Source of the DNA: Dickeya dadantii NCPPB 898 | Lineage (GTDB): Bacteria; Pseudomonadota; Gammaproteobacteria; Enterobacterales; Enterobacteriaceae | Reading direction: 5' to 3' | Assembly: GCF_000406145.1 (NCBI RefSeq) | Contig: NZ_CM001976.1 | Coordinates: 1,612,339 to 1,633,977 of the forward strand | DNA: 21,639 nt | Shown here: in pieces, positions 8,568 through 16,971 of the stretch | Position numbering within the stretch: the stretch's first letter is position 1 | Layout: every line of letters begins with the position of its first letter | Made by a program: the position numbers and the translations under genes | Notes under the pieces: model-generated | Database searches by the model: none | Told to the model about the DNA's origin: nothing | What the model saw: only the letters and a program-made list of their open reading frames with translations

Positions 8568-9947
8568 ATGTCAGAGACACAGTTTGCGGTTACGGATCAT
8601 GTGCAGAGAACCAATGCAGATTATCTGGAGCGACAGGGATGGTTTGAGTCCAATGTACGTAGTTATCCGCGCAAACTGCCGTTGGTGATCCAGAAAGCGC
8701 AAGGCGTGTGGGTGACGGATGTGGATGGCAATCAGTATCTGGATTGCCTGGCGGGTGCCGGTACGCTGGCGCTGGGGCACAATCACCCCGAAGTGGTGAG
8801 CAGCATTCAGGAATTTCTGGCGTCGGGCCTGCCGATGCATACGCTGGATCTCACCACGCCGCTGAAAGACGCCTTCTGCGAAACCCTGCTGGCGCAACTG
8901 CCCGGCGGCGAAAACCAGTACTGCCTGCAGTTCTGTGGCCCATCGGGAGCGGATGCGGTCGAGGCCGCATTAAAACTGGCGAAAACCTATACCGGCCGCG
9001 GGGGCATCATCAGTTTCTCCGGCGGCTACCACGGCATGACGCACGGCGCGCTGGCCGTTACCGGTAATACCGGCCCCAAAGACGCGGTGCAGAATCTGAT
9101 GCCGGGCGTCCAGTTCCTGCCTTACCCCCATGAGTACCGCTGCCCGCTGGGAATCGGCGGCGACGCGGGCGTACAGGCGCTGAGTCACTATTTCACGGCG
9201 TTTATCGAGGATGTCGAGCGCGGTATGTCGTTGCCGGCCGCCGTCATTGTCGAAGCGGTGCAGGGCGAGGGCGGCGTCAACCCGGCGCCGGCCAGTTGGC
9301 TGCAAACGCTGCGCGAGGTGACCCGCCGTCACGGCATTCTGCTGATTGTCGATGAAGTGCAGGCCGGGTTTGCCCGCACCGGCACGCTGTTTGCCTTCGA
9401 ACAGGCCGGCATCGAGCCGGACATCATCGTGATGTCGAAAGCGGTGGGCGGCGGTTTGCCGATGGCGGTGCTGGGCATTCGCCGTGAGTTCGATGTCTGG
9501 AAACCGGGCACCCACACCGGTACGTTCCGCGGCAACCAGATGGCGATGGCGACCGGCAAAACCACCATCGACATTCTGCTGCGCGACAAGCTGGCGGCAC
9601 AGGCGGCTGCTCGCGGCGAATGGCTGAAGCAGCAGTTTACCCAGTTGCAGACGCGTTTCCCCTGTCTGGGACAGGTGCGCGGCCGTGGCCTGATGCTGGG
9701 GATTGAGATCGTCGATGAGCGCCAGCCTGCGCAAACCGGCGGCGCTTATCCGCTGGATGCCGAACTGGCGCTCGCCATTCAGCAGCACTGTTTCCGTCAG
9801 GGTTTGCTGCTGGAGCGGGGTGGGCGACAGGGCAACGTGGTCAGGCTGCTGCCGCCGCTGATTATTACCGAGGAACAGTGCCGTAGCGTAGTGGAACGAT
9901 TCGAGCGCGCGTTGATTGAAGCCGTGGCGCAAATCCGTCATCCGTAA
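8568..9947 (+). CDS. acsF: Diaminobutyrate--2-oxoglutarate aminotransferase (class III PLP aminotransferase), achromobactin precursor supply
   Basis: The ORF track entry 8532-9947 is trimmed to the ATG at 8568 (MSETQFAV...), which is preceded by a GGGGGTGA Shine-Dalgarno. The PLP-lysine motif is [10 protein letters not shown], and the protein shows EctB/Dat-like similarity throughout. It is the first gene of the acs cluster. Confidence 0.9.
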   Translation: MSETQFAVTDHVQRTNADYLERQGWFESNVRSYPRKLPLVIQKAQGVWVTDVDGNQYLDCLAGAGTLALGHNHPEVVSSIQEFLASGLPMHTLDLTTPLKDAFCETLLAQLPGGENQYCLQFCGPSGADAVEAALKLAKTYTGRGGIISFSGGYHGMTHGALAVTGNTGPKDAVQNLMPGVQFLPYPHEYRCPLGIGGDAGVQALSHYFTAFIEDVERGMSLPAAVIVEAVQGEGGVNPAPASWLQTLREVTRRHGILLIVDEVQAGFARTGTLFAFEQAGIEPDIIVMSKAVGGGLPMAVLGIRREFDVWKPGTHTGTFRGNQMAMATGKTTIDILLRDKLAAQAAARGEWLKQQFTQLQTRFPCLGQVRGRGLMLGIEIVDERQPAQTGGAYPLDAELALAIQQHCFRQGLLLERGGRQGNVVRLLPPLIITEEQCRSVVERFERALIEAVAQIRHP

Positions 9948-9968
9948 TGCCTGAGGTAAATATATGGT

Positions 9969-9987
9969 CCGTAATGATAATGACGAC
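9969..9987 (+). promoter_or_regulatory. Partial Fur-box-like sequence upstream of acr
   Basis: CGTAATGATAATGACGACG matches about 11 of 19 positions of the Fur consensus, with a perfect central TAATGATAAT. Confidence 0.3.
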
Positions 9988-10063
9988 GACATAATAACAA
10001 GAACGCGTAACCGACGTTATTACGGATATAGCCTGAGGCTAAACAATAATATTAACGACGTAT

Positions 10064-10090
10064 GCTGGCGGAAACGCCAGCGTTTATTTA
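10064..10090 (+). terminator. Weak intrinsic terminator or attenuator hairpin between acsF and acr
   Basis: GCTGGCG-GAAA-CGCCAGC: a 7-bp GC-rich stem with a GNRA-type tetraloop, followed by GTTTATTTA. Confidence 0.45.
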
Positions 10091-10118
10091 CTGGGAAAAT
10101 AATAATGAGGTTGCAGGA

Positions 10119-12233
10119 ATGAAGGTTCGGGCATTATATGCGTTGACGCCATTATTTTTATTTGCACAGGCTAACGCAGCAGATAGCACAAACAAGAATG
10201 ACAACGAAATGGTGGTGACGGCATCCCGAACGGATACCGAGAAAAAAGATTCGCCTCAGGTCGTAACGATTATTACCAAAGAGCAGATCGAACAACAGCG
10301 ACAAATTACCAGCGATTCTTCCCAGATATTAAGCAACTTATTGCCGTCAATGGCGCCGAGCCGTCAGAAAATGAGCGGCAGCGGCGAGACCTTCCGCGGT
10401 CGCGCGCCGTTGATTCTGGTGGATGGCATTCCGCAGTCCAACCCGCTGCGCCCCACCGGGCGCGAAATGCATACCATCGATTTCGCGATGGTGGATCGCA
10501 TTGAGGTGATTCATGGCGCCAGCGCCAGCAACGGCATCGGCGCGACCGGCGGGGTGATCAATATTATTACCCGCCGCCCGGAGCCGGGTTCATTCAACCA
10601 GCACTTCAGCGTGGAAACCACCTCGCCGACGAAAGTCAGCTCGGACAGCATGAGCTACAAAACCACCTACGGGTTCAGTGGCCGCGAAGAGTATCTGGAT
10701 TACCTGTTTTCGGTCAGTTACGAAGATCAGGGATTATTCCTGGATGGGAAAGATCGTCCTATCGGGGTTGATAACACCCAGGGCGATCTGATGGATTCCC
10801 GTGCCTACGACATGATGGCGAAGGTTGGTTACTGGCTGGATAACGACCAGCGGATACAGTTCAGCCTTAACCGCTATCAGATCAAGGGCAAGATGAACTA
10901 TTTAGGCGTCGCGGGCGATCGTAATAACGGCATCCCGACCACCTCGATATCCGGGCGTCCGGTCGGCGATGCGCCGATGAACAGCGTCTGGACCACCAGC
11001 GCCACCTACGATAACTACAATCTGGCAGGCATGAAGCTGAACTCGCTGGTGTATTACCAAAACTACGAGTCGTTATTCGGTGCCGATAACTCGGCCTCTT
11101 TCCAGGATATCCGCATTGCGCCGCTCAATCAGCTATACGATCAGTCACGGGTGACCTCCAGCCGCTACGGCAGCAAAGTGGCGTTAACCAAAGACGATAT
11201 CTGGGACGATTACCTGAAAGCGACCGTCGGGTTCGATACCCTGTTCGATACCGGCAAACAGGATTTCTGGCTGACCAAGCGCCTGTATGCGCCGCAGATG
11301 GAGTACACCGATCTGTCGCCGTTCATGCAGTTCGATATTCAGCCGATCGATTCGCTGAAAATCACCACCGGGGTACGTTACGAGTACGCGCGTCTGGATA
11401 TCGACAGCTTCCGCACGGTGGCGGCCAGCACCGCGCGTGCGCCTAATAACAGCGTGGATGTGCAGGGCGGGCGCTTGAGTTTCAACAAGACGCTGTACAA
11501 CGTTGGCGCGGTGTGGACCACGCCTTATCAGCCGCTGAGCCTGTTTGCCAACTACTCGCAGGGCTTCGGTATTCCGGACGTGGGCCGTACGCTGCGCGGC
11601 ATTAAAACCGCCGGCCAGTCGGTCAGCATGCTGCCGCTGGAACCGATTGTGACGGACAACGTTGAAACCGGCTTCCGCATCCAGAAAGACCCGGTGGAGT
11701 TTGAGCTGAGCTACTACCGCTCGACCTCCAAGCTGGGCGAGCGCGTGGTGGATGTGAGCGGCACCTTCCAGAGCGAGCGTCAGAAAACCCGTATCGACGG
11801 TATCGAAACCTCATTGGGTTACAAGGTGAATGACGATCACCGTCTGAAATTCGGTTATTCCCACATCCAGGGATGGTATGACAGCGACGGCAACGGCAGC
11901 CTGGACGGCAAACTGGACGGGCTGAATATCCCGCCGGATCGCCTGACCGCCAGTTGGTCCGCCAACTGGACGCCGCAGTGGTCTTCGTTTATTCAGGCTA
12001 ATTACGCCTTTGATCGCATTATGGATAACCGTCAGCAGGACTTTAACGGTTATCTGCTGGTGGATGCCGCCGTCGGTTATAAATTACCGAAAGGTAAAAT
12101 TAATCTGGCGGTCTCCAACCTGTTTGACAAGGAGTACATCACATATTATTCGCAAAGCGCGATTGTGAACTCCCTGCGTTATTTCTCCGGTCGGGGAAGA
12201 ACCGTGACATTAGGATACAGCGTTGACTTCTGA
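10119..12233 (+). CDS. acr: TonB-dependent outer-membrane ferric-achromobactin receptor
   Basis: The ORF track entry 10062-12233 is trimmed to the ATG at 10119. Signal peptide MKVRALYALTPLFLFAQANA/AD, a TonB-box-like EMVVTASR, plug and beta-barrel similarity, and a C-terminal aromatic residue (...TLGYSVDF). Confidence 0.9.
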   Translation: MKVRALYALTPLFLFAQANAADSTNKNDNEMVVTASRTDTEKKDSPQVVTIITKEQIEQQRQITSDSSQILSNLLPSMAPSRQKMSGSGETFRGRAPLILVDGIPQSNPLRPTGREMHTIDFAMVDRIEVIHGASASNGIGATGGVINIITRRPEPGSFNQHFSVETTSPTKVSSDSMSYKTTYGFSGREEYLDYLFSVSYEDQGLFLDGKDRPIGVDNTQGDLMDSRAYDMMAKVGYWLDNDQRIQFSLNRYQIKGKMNYLGVAGDRNNGIPTTSISGRPVGDAPMNSVWTTSATYDNYNLAGMKLNSLVYYQNYESLFGADNSASFQDIRIAPLNQLYDQSRVTSSRYGSKVALTKDDIWDDYLKATVGFDTLFDTGKQDFWLTKRLYAPQMEYTDLSPFMQFDIQPIDSLKITTGVRYEYARLDIDSFRTVAASTARAPNNSVDVQGGRLSFNKTLYNVGAVWTTPYQPLSLFANYSQGFGIPDVGRTLRGIKTAGQSVSMLPLEPIVTDNVETGFRIQKDPVEFELSYYRSTSKLGERVVDVSGTFQSERQKTRIDGIETSLGYKVNDDHRLKFGYSHIQGWYDSDGNGSLDGKLDGLNIPPDRLTASWSANWTPQWSSFIQANYAFDRIMDNRQQDFNGYLLVDAAVGYKLPKGKINLAVSNLFDKEYITYYSQSAIVNSLRYFSGRGRTVTLGYSVDF

Positions 12234-12240
12234 TAATAGT

Positions 12241-12257
12241 CCCGCCGCAAGGCGGGG
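12241..12257 (+). terminator. Hairpin downstream of acr (possible weak terminator)
   Basis: CCCGCC-GCAA-GGCGGG lies 7 nt after the acr stop. It is followed by cattattcagttatat, which is AT-rich but a poor U-tract. Confidence 0.4.
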
Positions 12258-12339
12258 CATTATTCAGTTATATATTCAGGATATTTAACCTTCGCCACGA
12301 AATAAACCACCGGCCGATTGTTATTCTTACGGAGTAGAG

Positions 12340-14217
12340 ATGAACAACCGAAATCATGATGTTTTGTCCAGAATGATAAGCGAAAAAGCAGCCCTGCATG
12401 GGTTACTGAATTGTCTTATCAAAGAATTCGCAATACCGGAGGGGTATTTGCGATATGAATGGCCAGACGAAATGAAGGGGATTCCGCCGGGGGCCTATTT
12501 TGATGGTGCGGACTGGAAGGGGATTCCGATGATGATCGGCTTGCCCGACCAACTGCAACTATTTGTCATGGTGGACCGCCGCGACACTTTCGGTAGCCAG
12601 CATTACCTGTCCGATGTCTACCTGCGTCAGGCGCAGGGCGACTGGCAATGCCCCGATTTCGAACCGCTGGTCGCACGCCTGCTGGCCGCGTGCGAGCACA
12701 TCGCCGGGAGGAAAAACCCGGAGCTATACGAGCAGATTCTGCAAAGCCAGCGGCTGGTCAGCGCCATTGTCAGCCACAACGGCCGTCAGCGCGCGGATGC
12801 GCCGCTACAGCACTATCTGCAAAGCGAACAGGGATTGTGGTTCGGCCACCCCAGCCACCCCGCGCCCAAAGCGCGCCTGTGGCCGGCTCATCTTGGTCAG
12901 GAGCAGTGGGCGCCTGAATTTCAGGCCCGCGCGGCGTTGCATCAGTTCGAAGTACCGGTGAACGGGTTGCACATCGGCGCCAACGGCCTGACGCCGCAGC
13001 AGGTGCTGGACGGGTTTGCCGACCAGCAACCGGCGTCGCCGGGGCACGCCATCATCTGTATGCACCCGGTGCAGGCGCAGCTGTTTATGCAGGATGCGCG
13101 CGTGCAGCAACTGCTGCGTGATAACGTGATCCGCGATCTGGGCCAAAGCGGACGCGTCGCCAGCCCGACAGCCTCTATCCGTACCTGGTTCATCGACGAT
13201 CACGACTACTTCATCAAAGGTTCGCTGAATGTGCGCATCACCAACTGTGTGCGCAAAAACGCCTGGTATGAACTGGAAAGCACGGTGCTGATCGACCGGT
13301 TGTTCCGCCAGTTGCTGGATCAACATGCCGACACGCTGGGCGGGCTGGTCGCCGCCGCCGAACCCGGCGTGGTGAGCTGGAGTCCGGCCGCCGCTGGCGA
13401 GTCGGACAGCCACTGGTTCCGTGAACAAACCGGCGGCATTCTGCGTGAGAATTTCTGCCGCCGCACCGGTGCGGATCGCAGCATCATGGCCGGTACGCTG
13501 TTTGCCCGCGGCGTGGATTTACAGCCGATGATTCAAACCTTCCTGCGTACGCACTATGGCGAGGCGCTGGATGACAACGCGCTGCTGTACTGGTTCGATG
13601 ACTACCAAACGCAGTTGCTGCGCCCGGTGCTGTCGCTGTTCTTCAATCACGGCGTGGTGATGGAGCCGCACCTGCAAAACAGCGTGCTGGTACATCAACA
13701 GGGGCGGCCACAGCAGGTGCTGCTGCGCGATTTTGAAGGGGTGAAACTGACCGACGATCTCGGCATTCAGTATATCGACGACGATATACATCCACGCGTA
13801 CGCCAGTCGCTGCAGTACTCGCGCGAGCAGGGCTGGAATCGCATCATGTACTGCCTGTTCATTAATCACCTGTCCGAGGCCATTCTGGCCCTGAGTCAGG
13901 GACGCCCGCAACTGGCGCCCTTAATGTGGCAACGGGTACAGCAGCAACTGCGCGCCATTCAGCGTGAACTGAAACAACCGTCGCCGGAGCTGGACGCGCT
14001 GATCGCCGGCCATCCGGTGGCGTGCAAAACCAACCTCAAGGTCCGGCTGGCGGCCGAGGCCGATCGTCAGGCCAGCTATGTCCGGTTGCCGTCGCCCTGG
14101 GGCCACGCCGTGCAGCACGGCAGCGAGTCGCAGCATGACGAGAGACGGCATGGTGACGTCCGGCACGAAGAAGCCCGGCATGAAGAAGTCCGGCATGGCG
14201 AGGTGCAGCATGGTTAA
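12340..14217 (+). CDS. acsD: NIS (IucA/IucC-family) siderophore synthetase AcsD, type A (condenses citrate and L-serine)
   Basis: 625 aa. GGAG Shine-Dalgarno before the ATG. IucA/IucC-family similarity over the full length. The N-terminus MNNRNHDVLSRMISEKAALHGLLNCLIKEF matches my recollection of the Dickeya AcsD. The C-terminal 30-35 aa form a His/Arg/Glu-rich repeat. Confidence 0.93.
   Translation: MNNRNHDVLSRMISEKAALHGLLNCLIKEFAIPEGYLRYEWPDEMKGIPPGAYFDGADWKGIPMMIGLPDQLQLFVMVDRRDTFGSQHYLSDVYLRQAQGDWQCPDFEPLVARLLAACEHIAGRKNPELYEQILQSQRLVSAIVSHNGRQRADAPLQHYLQSEQGLWFGHPSHPAPKARLWPAHLGQEQWAPEFQARAALHQFEVPVNGLHIGANGLTPQQVLDGFADQQPASPGHAIICMHPVQAQLFMQDARVQQLLRDNVIRDLGQSGRVASPTASIRTWFIDDHDYFIKGSLNVRITNCVRKNAWYELESTVLIDRLFRQLLDQHADTLGGLVAAAEPGVVSWSPAAAGESDSHWFREQTGGILRENFCRRTGADRSIMAGTLFARGVDLQPMIQTFLRTHYGEALDDNALLYWFDDYQTQLLRPVLSLFFNHGVVMEPHLQNSVLVHQQGRPQQVLLRDFEGVKLTDDLGIQYIDDDIHPRVRQSLQYSREQGWNRIMYCLFINHLSEAILALSQGRPQLAPLMWQRVQQQLRAIQRELKQPSPELDALIAGHPVACKTNLKVRLAAEADRQASYVRLPSPWGHAVQHGSESQHDERRHGDVRHEEARHEEVRHGEVQHG
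14131..14214 (+). repeat. Imperfect 15-nt tandem repeat (about 5.5 units) spanning the acsD 3' end and the acsE start
   Basis: Units: cagcatgacgagaga, cggcatggtgacgtc, cggcacgaagaagcc, cggcatgaagaagtc, cggcatggcgaggtg, cagcatggt. In the acsD frame they read QHDER RHGDV RHEEA RHEEV RHGEV QHG. Confidence 0.85.
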
Positions 14218-15445
14218 GTTGCCCCAGCACGTGCACGACGTGATTGTTCGTTTGCAACAGCAGCATACCGACCCGCTGGCGGCGTTTGTGTACGACCTGA
14301 CGGCGCTGCGTCAGCACGTCAGCGAGGTGATGGCGGCGCTGCCGTCGGGCGTTGAACTCTATTACGCCATCAAGGCCAATAGCGAAAAACCGATTCTGGA
14401 CGTGATCGCGCCGTTGGTACACGGGTTTGAAATCTCGTCGGGTGGCGAAATCGCCCGCGTGGCCGATTGCGGCACGCGTAAACCGTTCGTGTTCTCCGGG
14501 CCGGGCAAACTGGATTCTGACTTCGATCTGGCGCTGGAACAGGGCGTGGAGGCGGTGCATGTGGAGAGCCGCCATGAAATTGCGCGCCTGCAACAGCGGG
14601 CGAAGCAGCATGGCGTGGTCCAGTCGGTGTTCATCCGTATCAACCCGGAACTGGCGTCGTCGCTGACCAGCAAACTGGCGATGGCCGGCACGCCGACGCC
14701 GTTCGGCATGGATGAGGCCGATCTGGCGGACGCGGTGCGCGACGTGGATAACGCCAGCCATCTGCAACTGAAAGGGTTTCACGTGCACGCCATGTCGCAC
14801 CAAATGGTGGTGGCGCGGCATCAGCAACTGCTGGATATGTACCTGACGCGCTGGCCGCAGTGGAAAGCGCTGTCCGCGTATCCGCAACATATCACCCATC
14901 TGAACGTGGGCGGCGGCATCGGCGTGCCGTATCTGACGCCGGAGCGTTTCGACTGGCCGTCGCTGTGCGATTACCTGCGCACGCGGCTGGCGCAACAGCC
15001 GGATGCGCCGATTGTCCGTTTTGAACCGGGGCGTTTCATCAGCGCCTACTGCGGTTATTACGCCATCGAAGTGCTGGATAAAAAGCGCAGTCACGGCAAA
15101 CATTTTCTGGTTTGCCGCGGCGGTACCCACCAGTTCCGCCTGCCGGTGGCGCAGGGGCATGACCATCCGGTGATTCACCTGCCGCTGGCGTCGGCGCCGA
15201 CAACCGGGGAGACGCGCGACTGGACGGTGGTCGGCCAGCTGTGCACGCCGAAGGACGTGCTTAGCCGCGACCAGCGCCTGACCGACGTCAACATCGGCGA
15301 TCTGCTGGTGTTACCGCTGGCGGGCGCCTACGGCTACAACATTTCTCATGCCGACTTTCTGTGTCACCCGCGTCCTGGGCAGTCTTTCATTACTGAAGAC
15401 GGCATGACGACGGATGCGGCCGGAGTGGTGAGCCGTGTGGAATAA
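14210..15445 (+). CDS. acsE: PLP-dependent decarboxylase (Orn/DAP/Arg decarboxylase family 2), achromobactin biosynthesis
   Basis: The ORF track entry 14078-15445 is trimmed to the ATG at 14210 (MVKLPQHVHD...), which has a GAGGTG Shine-Dalgarno 4 nt upstream and overlaps the acsD stop (ATGGTTAA). PLP-lysine motif YYAIKAN. In-frame ATGs at 14135, 14150, 14180 and 14195 leave the start somewhat ambiguous. Confidence 0.85.
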   Translation: MVKLPQHVHDVIVRLQQQHTDPLAAFVYDLTALRQHVSEVMAALPSGVELYYAIKANSEKPILDVIAPLVHGFEISSGGEIARVADCGTRKPFVFSGPGKLDSDFDLALEQGVEAVHVESRHEIARLQQRAKQHGVVQSVFIRINPELASSLTSKLAMAGTPTPFGMDEADLADAVRDVDNASHLQLKGFHVHAMSHQMVVARHQQLLDMYLTRWPQWKALSAYPQHITHLNVGGGIGVPYLTPERFDWPSLCDYLRTRLAQQPDAPIVRFEPGRFISAYCGYYAIEVLDKKRSHGKHFLVCRGGTHQFRLPVAQGHDHPVIHLPLASAPTTGETRDWTVVGQLCTPKDVLSRDQRLTDVNIGDLLVLPLAGAYGYNISHADFLCHPRPGQSFITEDGMTTDAAGVVSRVE

Positions 15446-16883
15446 CGCCGTTCCCCGCTGGCTGGTTGTGGTCAATGTACTGCTTGGCACCACCACCGTC
15501 AGCCTGAATAACAGTACGCTCAATCCGGCGCTGCCGGCGTTTATCGAGGTGTTTCATATCGGGCCGCTGCTCGCCACCTGGATCGTGGCGGCGTTCATGG
15601 TCAGCATGGGCATGACCATGCCGCTGACCGGCTATCTCGGGCATCGGCTGGGCAACAAACCGCTGTATTTGCTGGGCGTAGCGCTGTTTATCAGCGGTTC
15701 GCTGTTGGGGATGCTGGCGGACTCCATCTCGCAGGTGATCGCCGCCCGCACGGTGCAGGGCATCGCCAGCGGGCTGATGATCCCGCTGTCGTTGACGCTG
15801 ATTTTTTCGGTGTACCCCAAGCAGGAGCGGGGCGGTATTACCGGCATCTGGGGCGCCATCGTAATGCTGGCTCCGGCGCTGGGGCCGCTGTGCGGCGGCA
15901 TTCTGCTGGAGTGGTTCAGCTGGCGGGCGCTGTTCGCCATGAACATTCCCATCGGCGCGCTGGCGCTGCTGATGGGGCTGGTGGTGTTGCCGAAAACCGC
16001 ACCGGGCGAGCGCAAACCGTTTGATATGACCGGCTATGTGTTGGTGTCCGCCGGCATCGGGTTGCTGATGATTGGCGCCGGGCGATTGCATCATGCCGCG
16101 GCGCTGGCTAACCCACTCAATCTGCTGATGCTGCTGGCGGCCGCGGTGTGCCTGATAGCGTTTGTCCGCGTCGAACTGCGTAAGCGCGAACCGCTGCTTA
16201 ATCTGCGTATTTTTCAACTGCACGGCTATCGGCTGAGCGTGGTGATCGCTGTGGTGCAGTCGGTCGGGATGTTCGAGTGTCTGGTGCTGTTGCCGATGCT
16301 GGTGCAGATGGTGATGGGCTACAGCGCGATCTGGACCGGGCTGGCGCTGTTGTGCACCGCGCTGTTCGCCAGCCTGTTCGGCAAGATAGGCGGCAGCCTG
16401 CTGGATCGTCACGGCCCGTCGCGGGTGGTGGGCGCCGGGGTATTGTTGACCGCGCTGGCGACCGTCGGGCTGGGCATGGCGGGCGTGCAGACGTCGATTG
16501 GCGTGGTGTTCGGCTGGATGATGCTGCGCGGCGTCGGGCTGGGGCTGTCCTACATGCCGGTTACCACCGCCGGGCTGAATGTGTTGCCGGAAACGCTGGT
16601 CACGCAGGGCGCCGCCATGAACAACATCTCGCGCCGGCTGGTGTCGTCGCTGGCGATCGTGGTGGCGTCGCTGTACCTCGAATTCCGGCTGGCGGGCAGC
16701 GGGCTGGCGCATGAAACCGTACGCGCCGCCGCCATCAGCGAAACCTTTATCGCCACCGGCATGCTGATCTTGCTGGCGCTGCCGTGCGCCCTGCGTTTTC
16801 CCACGGCAACCGATGAAGCGTCGGCAAACGCCTTATTGGCCGGTGAATCGACGCTACCGGCAGGTACGCGGGAATCGCGCTAA
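15435..16883 (+). CDS. yhcA: MFS transporter (DHA2-like, probably 14 TMS), putative achromobactin exporter
   Basis: 482 aa, very hydrophobic. The N-terminus PRWLVVVNVLLGTTTVSLNNSTLNPALPAF resembles the first-TMS motif of the EmrB/QacA family. The GTG start overlaps the acsE stop by 11 nt. Its position matches yhcA of the Dickeya acs cluster. Confidence 0.85.
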   Translation: MWNNAVPRWLVVVNVLLGTTTVSLNNSTLNPALPAFIEVFHIGPLLATWIVAAFMVSMGMTMPLTGYLGHRLGNKPLYLLGVALFISGSLLGMLADSISQVIAARTVQGIASGLMIPLSLTLIFSVYPKQERGGITGIWGAIVMLAPALGPLCGGILLEWFSWRALFAMNIPIGALALLMGLVVLPKTAPGERKPFDMTGYVLVSAGIGLLMIGAGRLHHAAALANPLNLLMLLAAAVCLIAFVRVELRKREPLLNLRIFQLHGYRLSVVIAVVQSVGMFECLVLLPMLVQMVMGYSAIWTGLALLCTALFASLFGKIGGSLLDRHGPSRVVGAGVLLTALATVGLGMAGVQTSIGVVFGWMMLRGVGLGLSYMPVTTAGLNVLPETLVTQGAAMNNISRRLVSSLAIVVASLYLEFRLAGSGLAHETVRAAAISETFIATGMLILLALPCALRFPTATDEASANALLAGESTLPAGTRESR

Positions 16884-16903
16884 GGCGTGATGGATTACCC
16901 GCC

Positions 16904-16956
16904 ATGTTGTTTTACTGATGATGTTGTTTTTACTGACAACGTTATTTTTACTGACA
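16904..16956 (+). repeat. Three tandem direct repeats of 17-18 bp in the yhcA-acsC spacer
   Basis: atgttgttttactgatg (16904-16920), atgttgtttttactgaca (16921-16938) and acgttatttttactgaca (16939-16956). The last unit ends 15 nt upstream of the acsC ATG. Confidence 0.85.
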
Positions 16957-16971
16957 AGGTTAAGAGATCGT

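Noticed and set aside
8970-9992. 340-aa ORF antisense to acsF
   Set aside because: It is an R/Q/H/A-rich, low-complexity translation lying exactly opposite a well-supported aminotransferase. This is a typical GC-rich shadow ORF.
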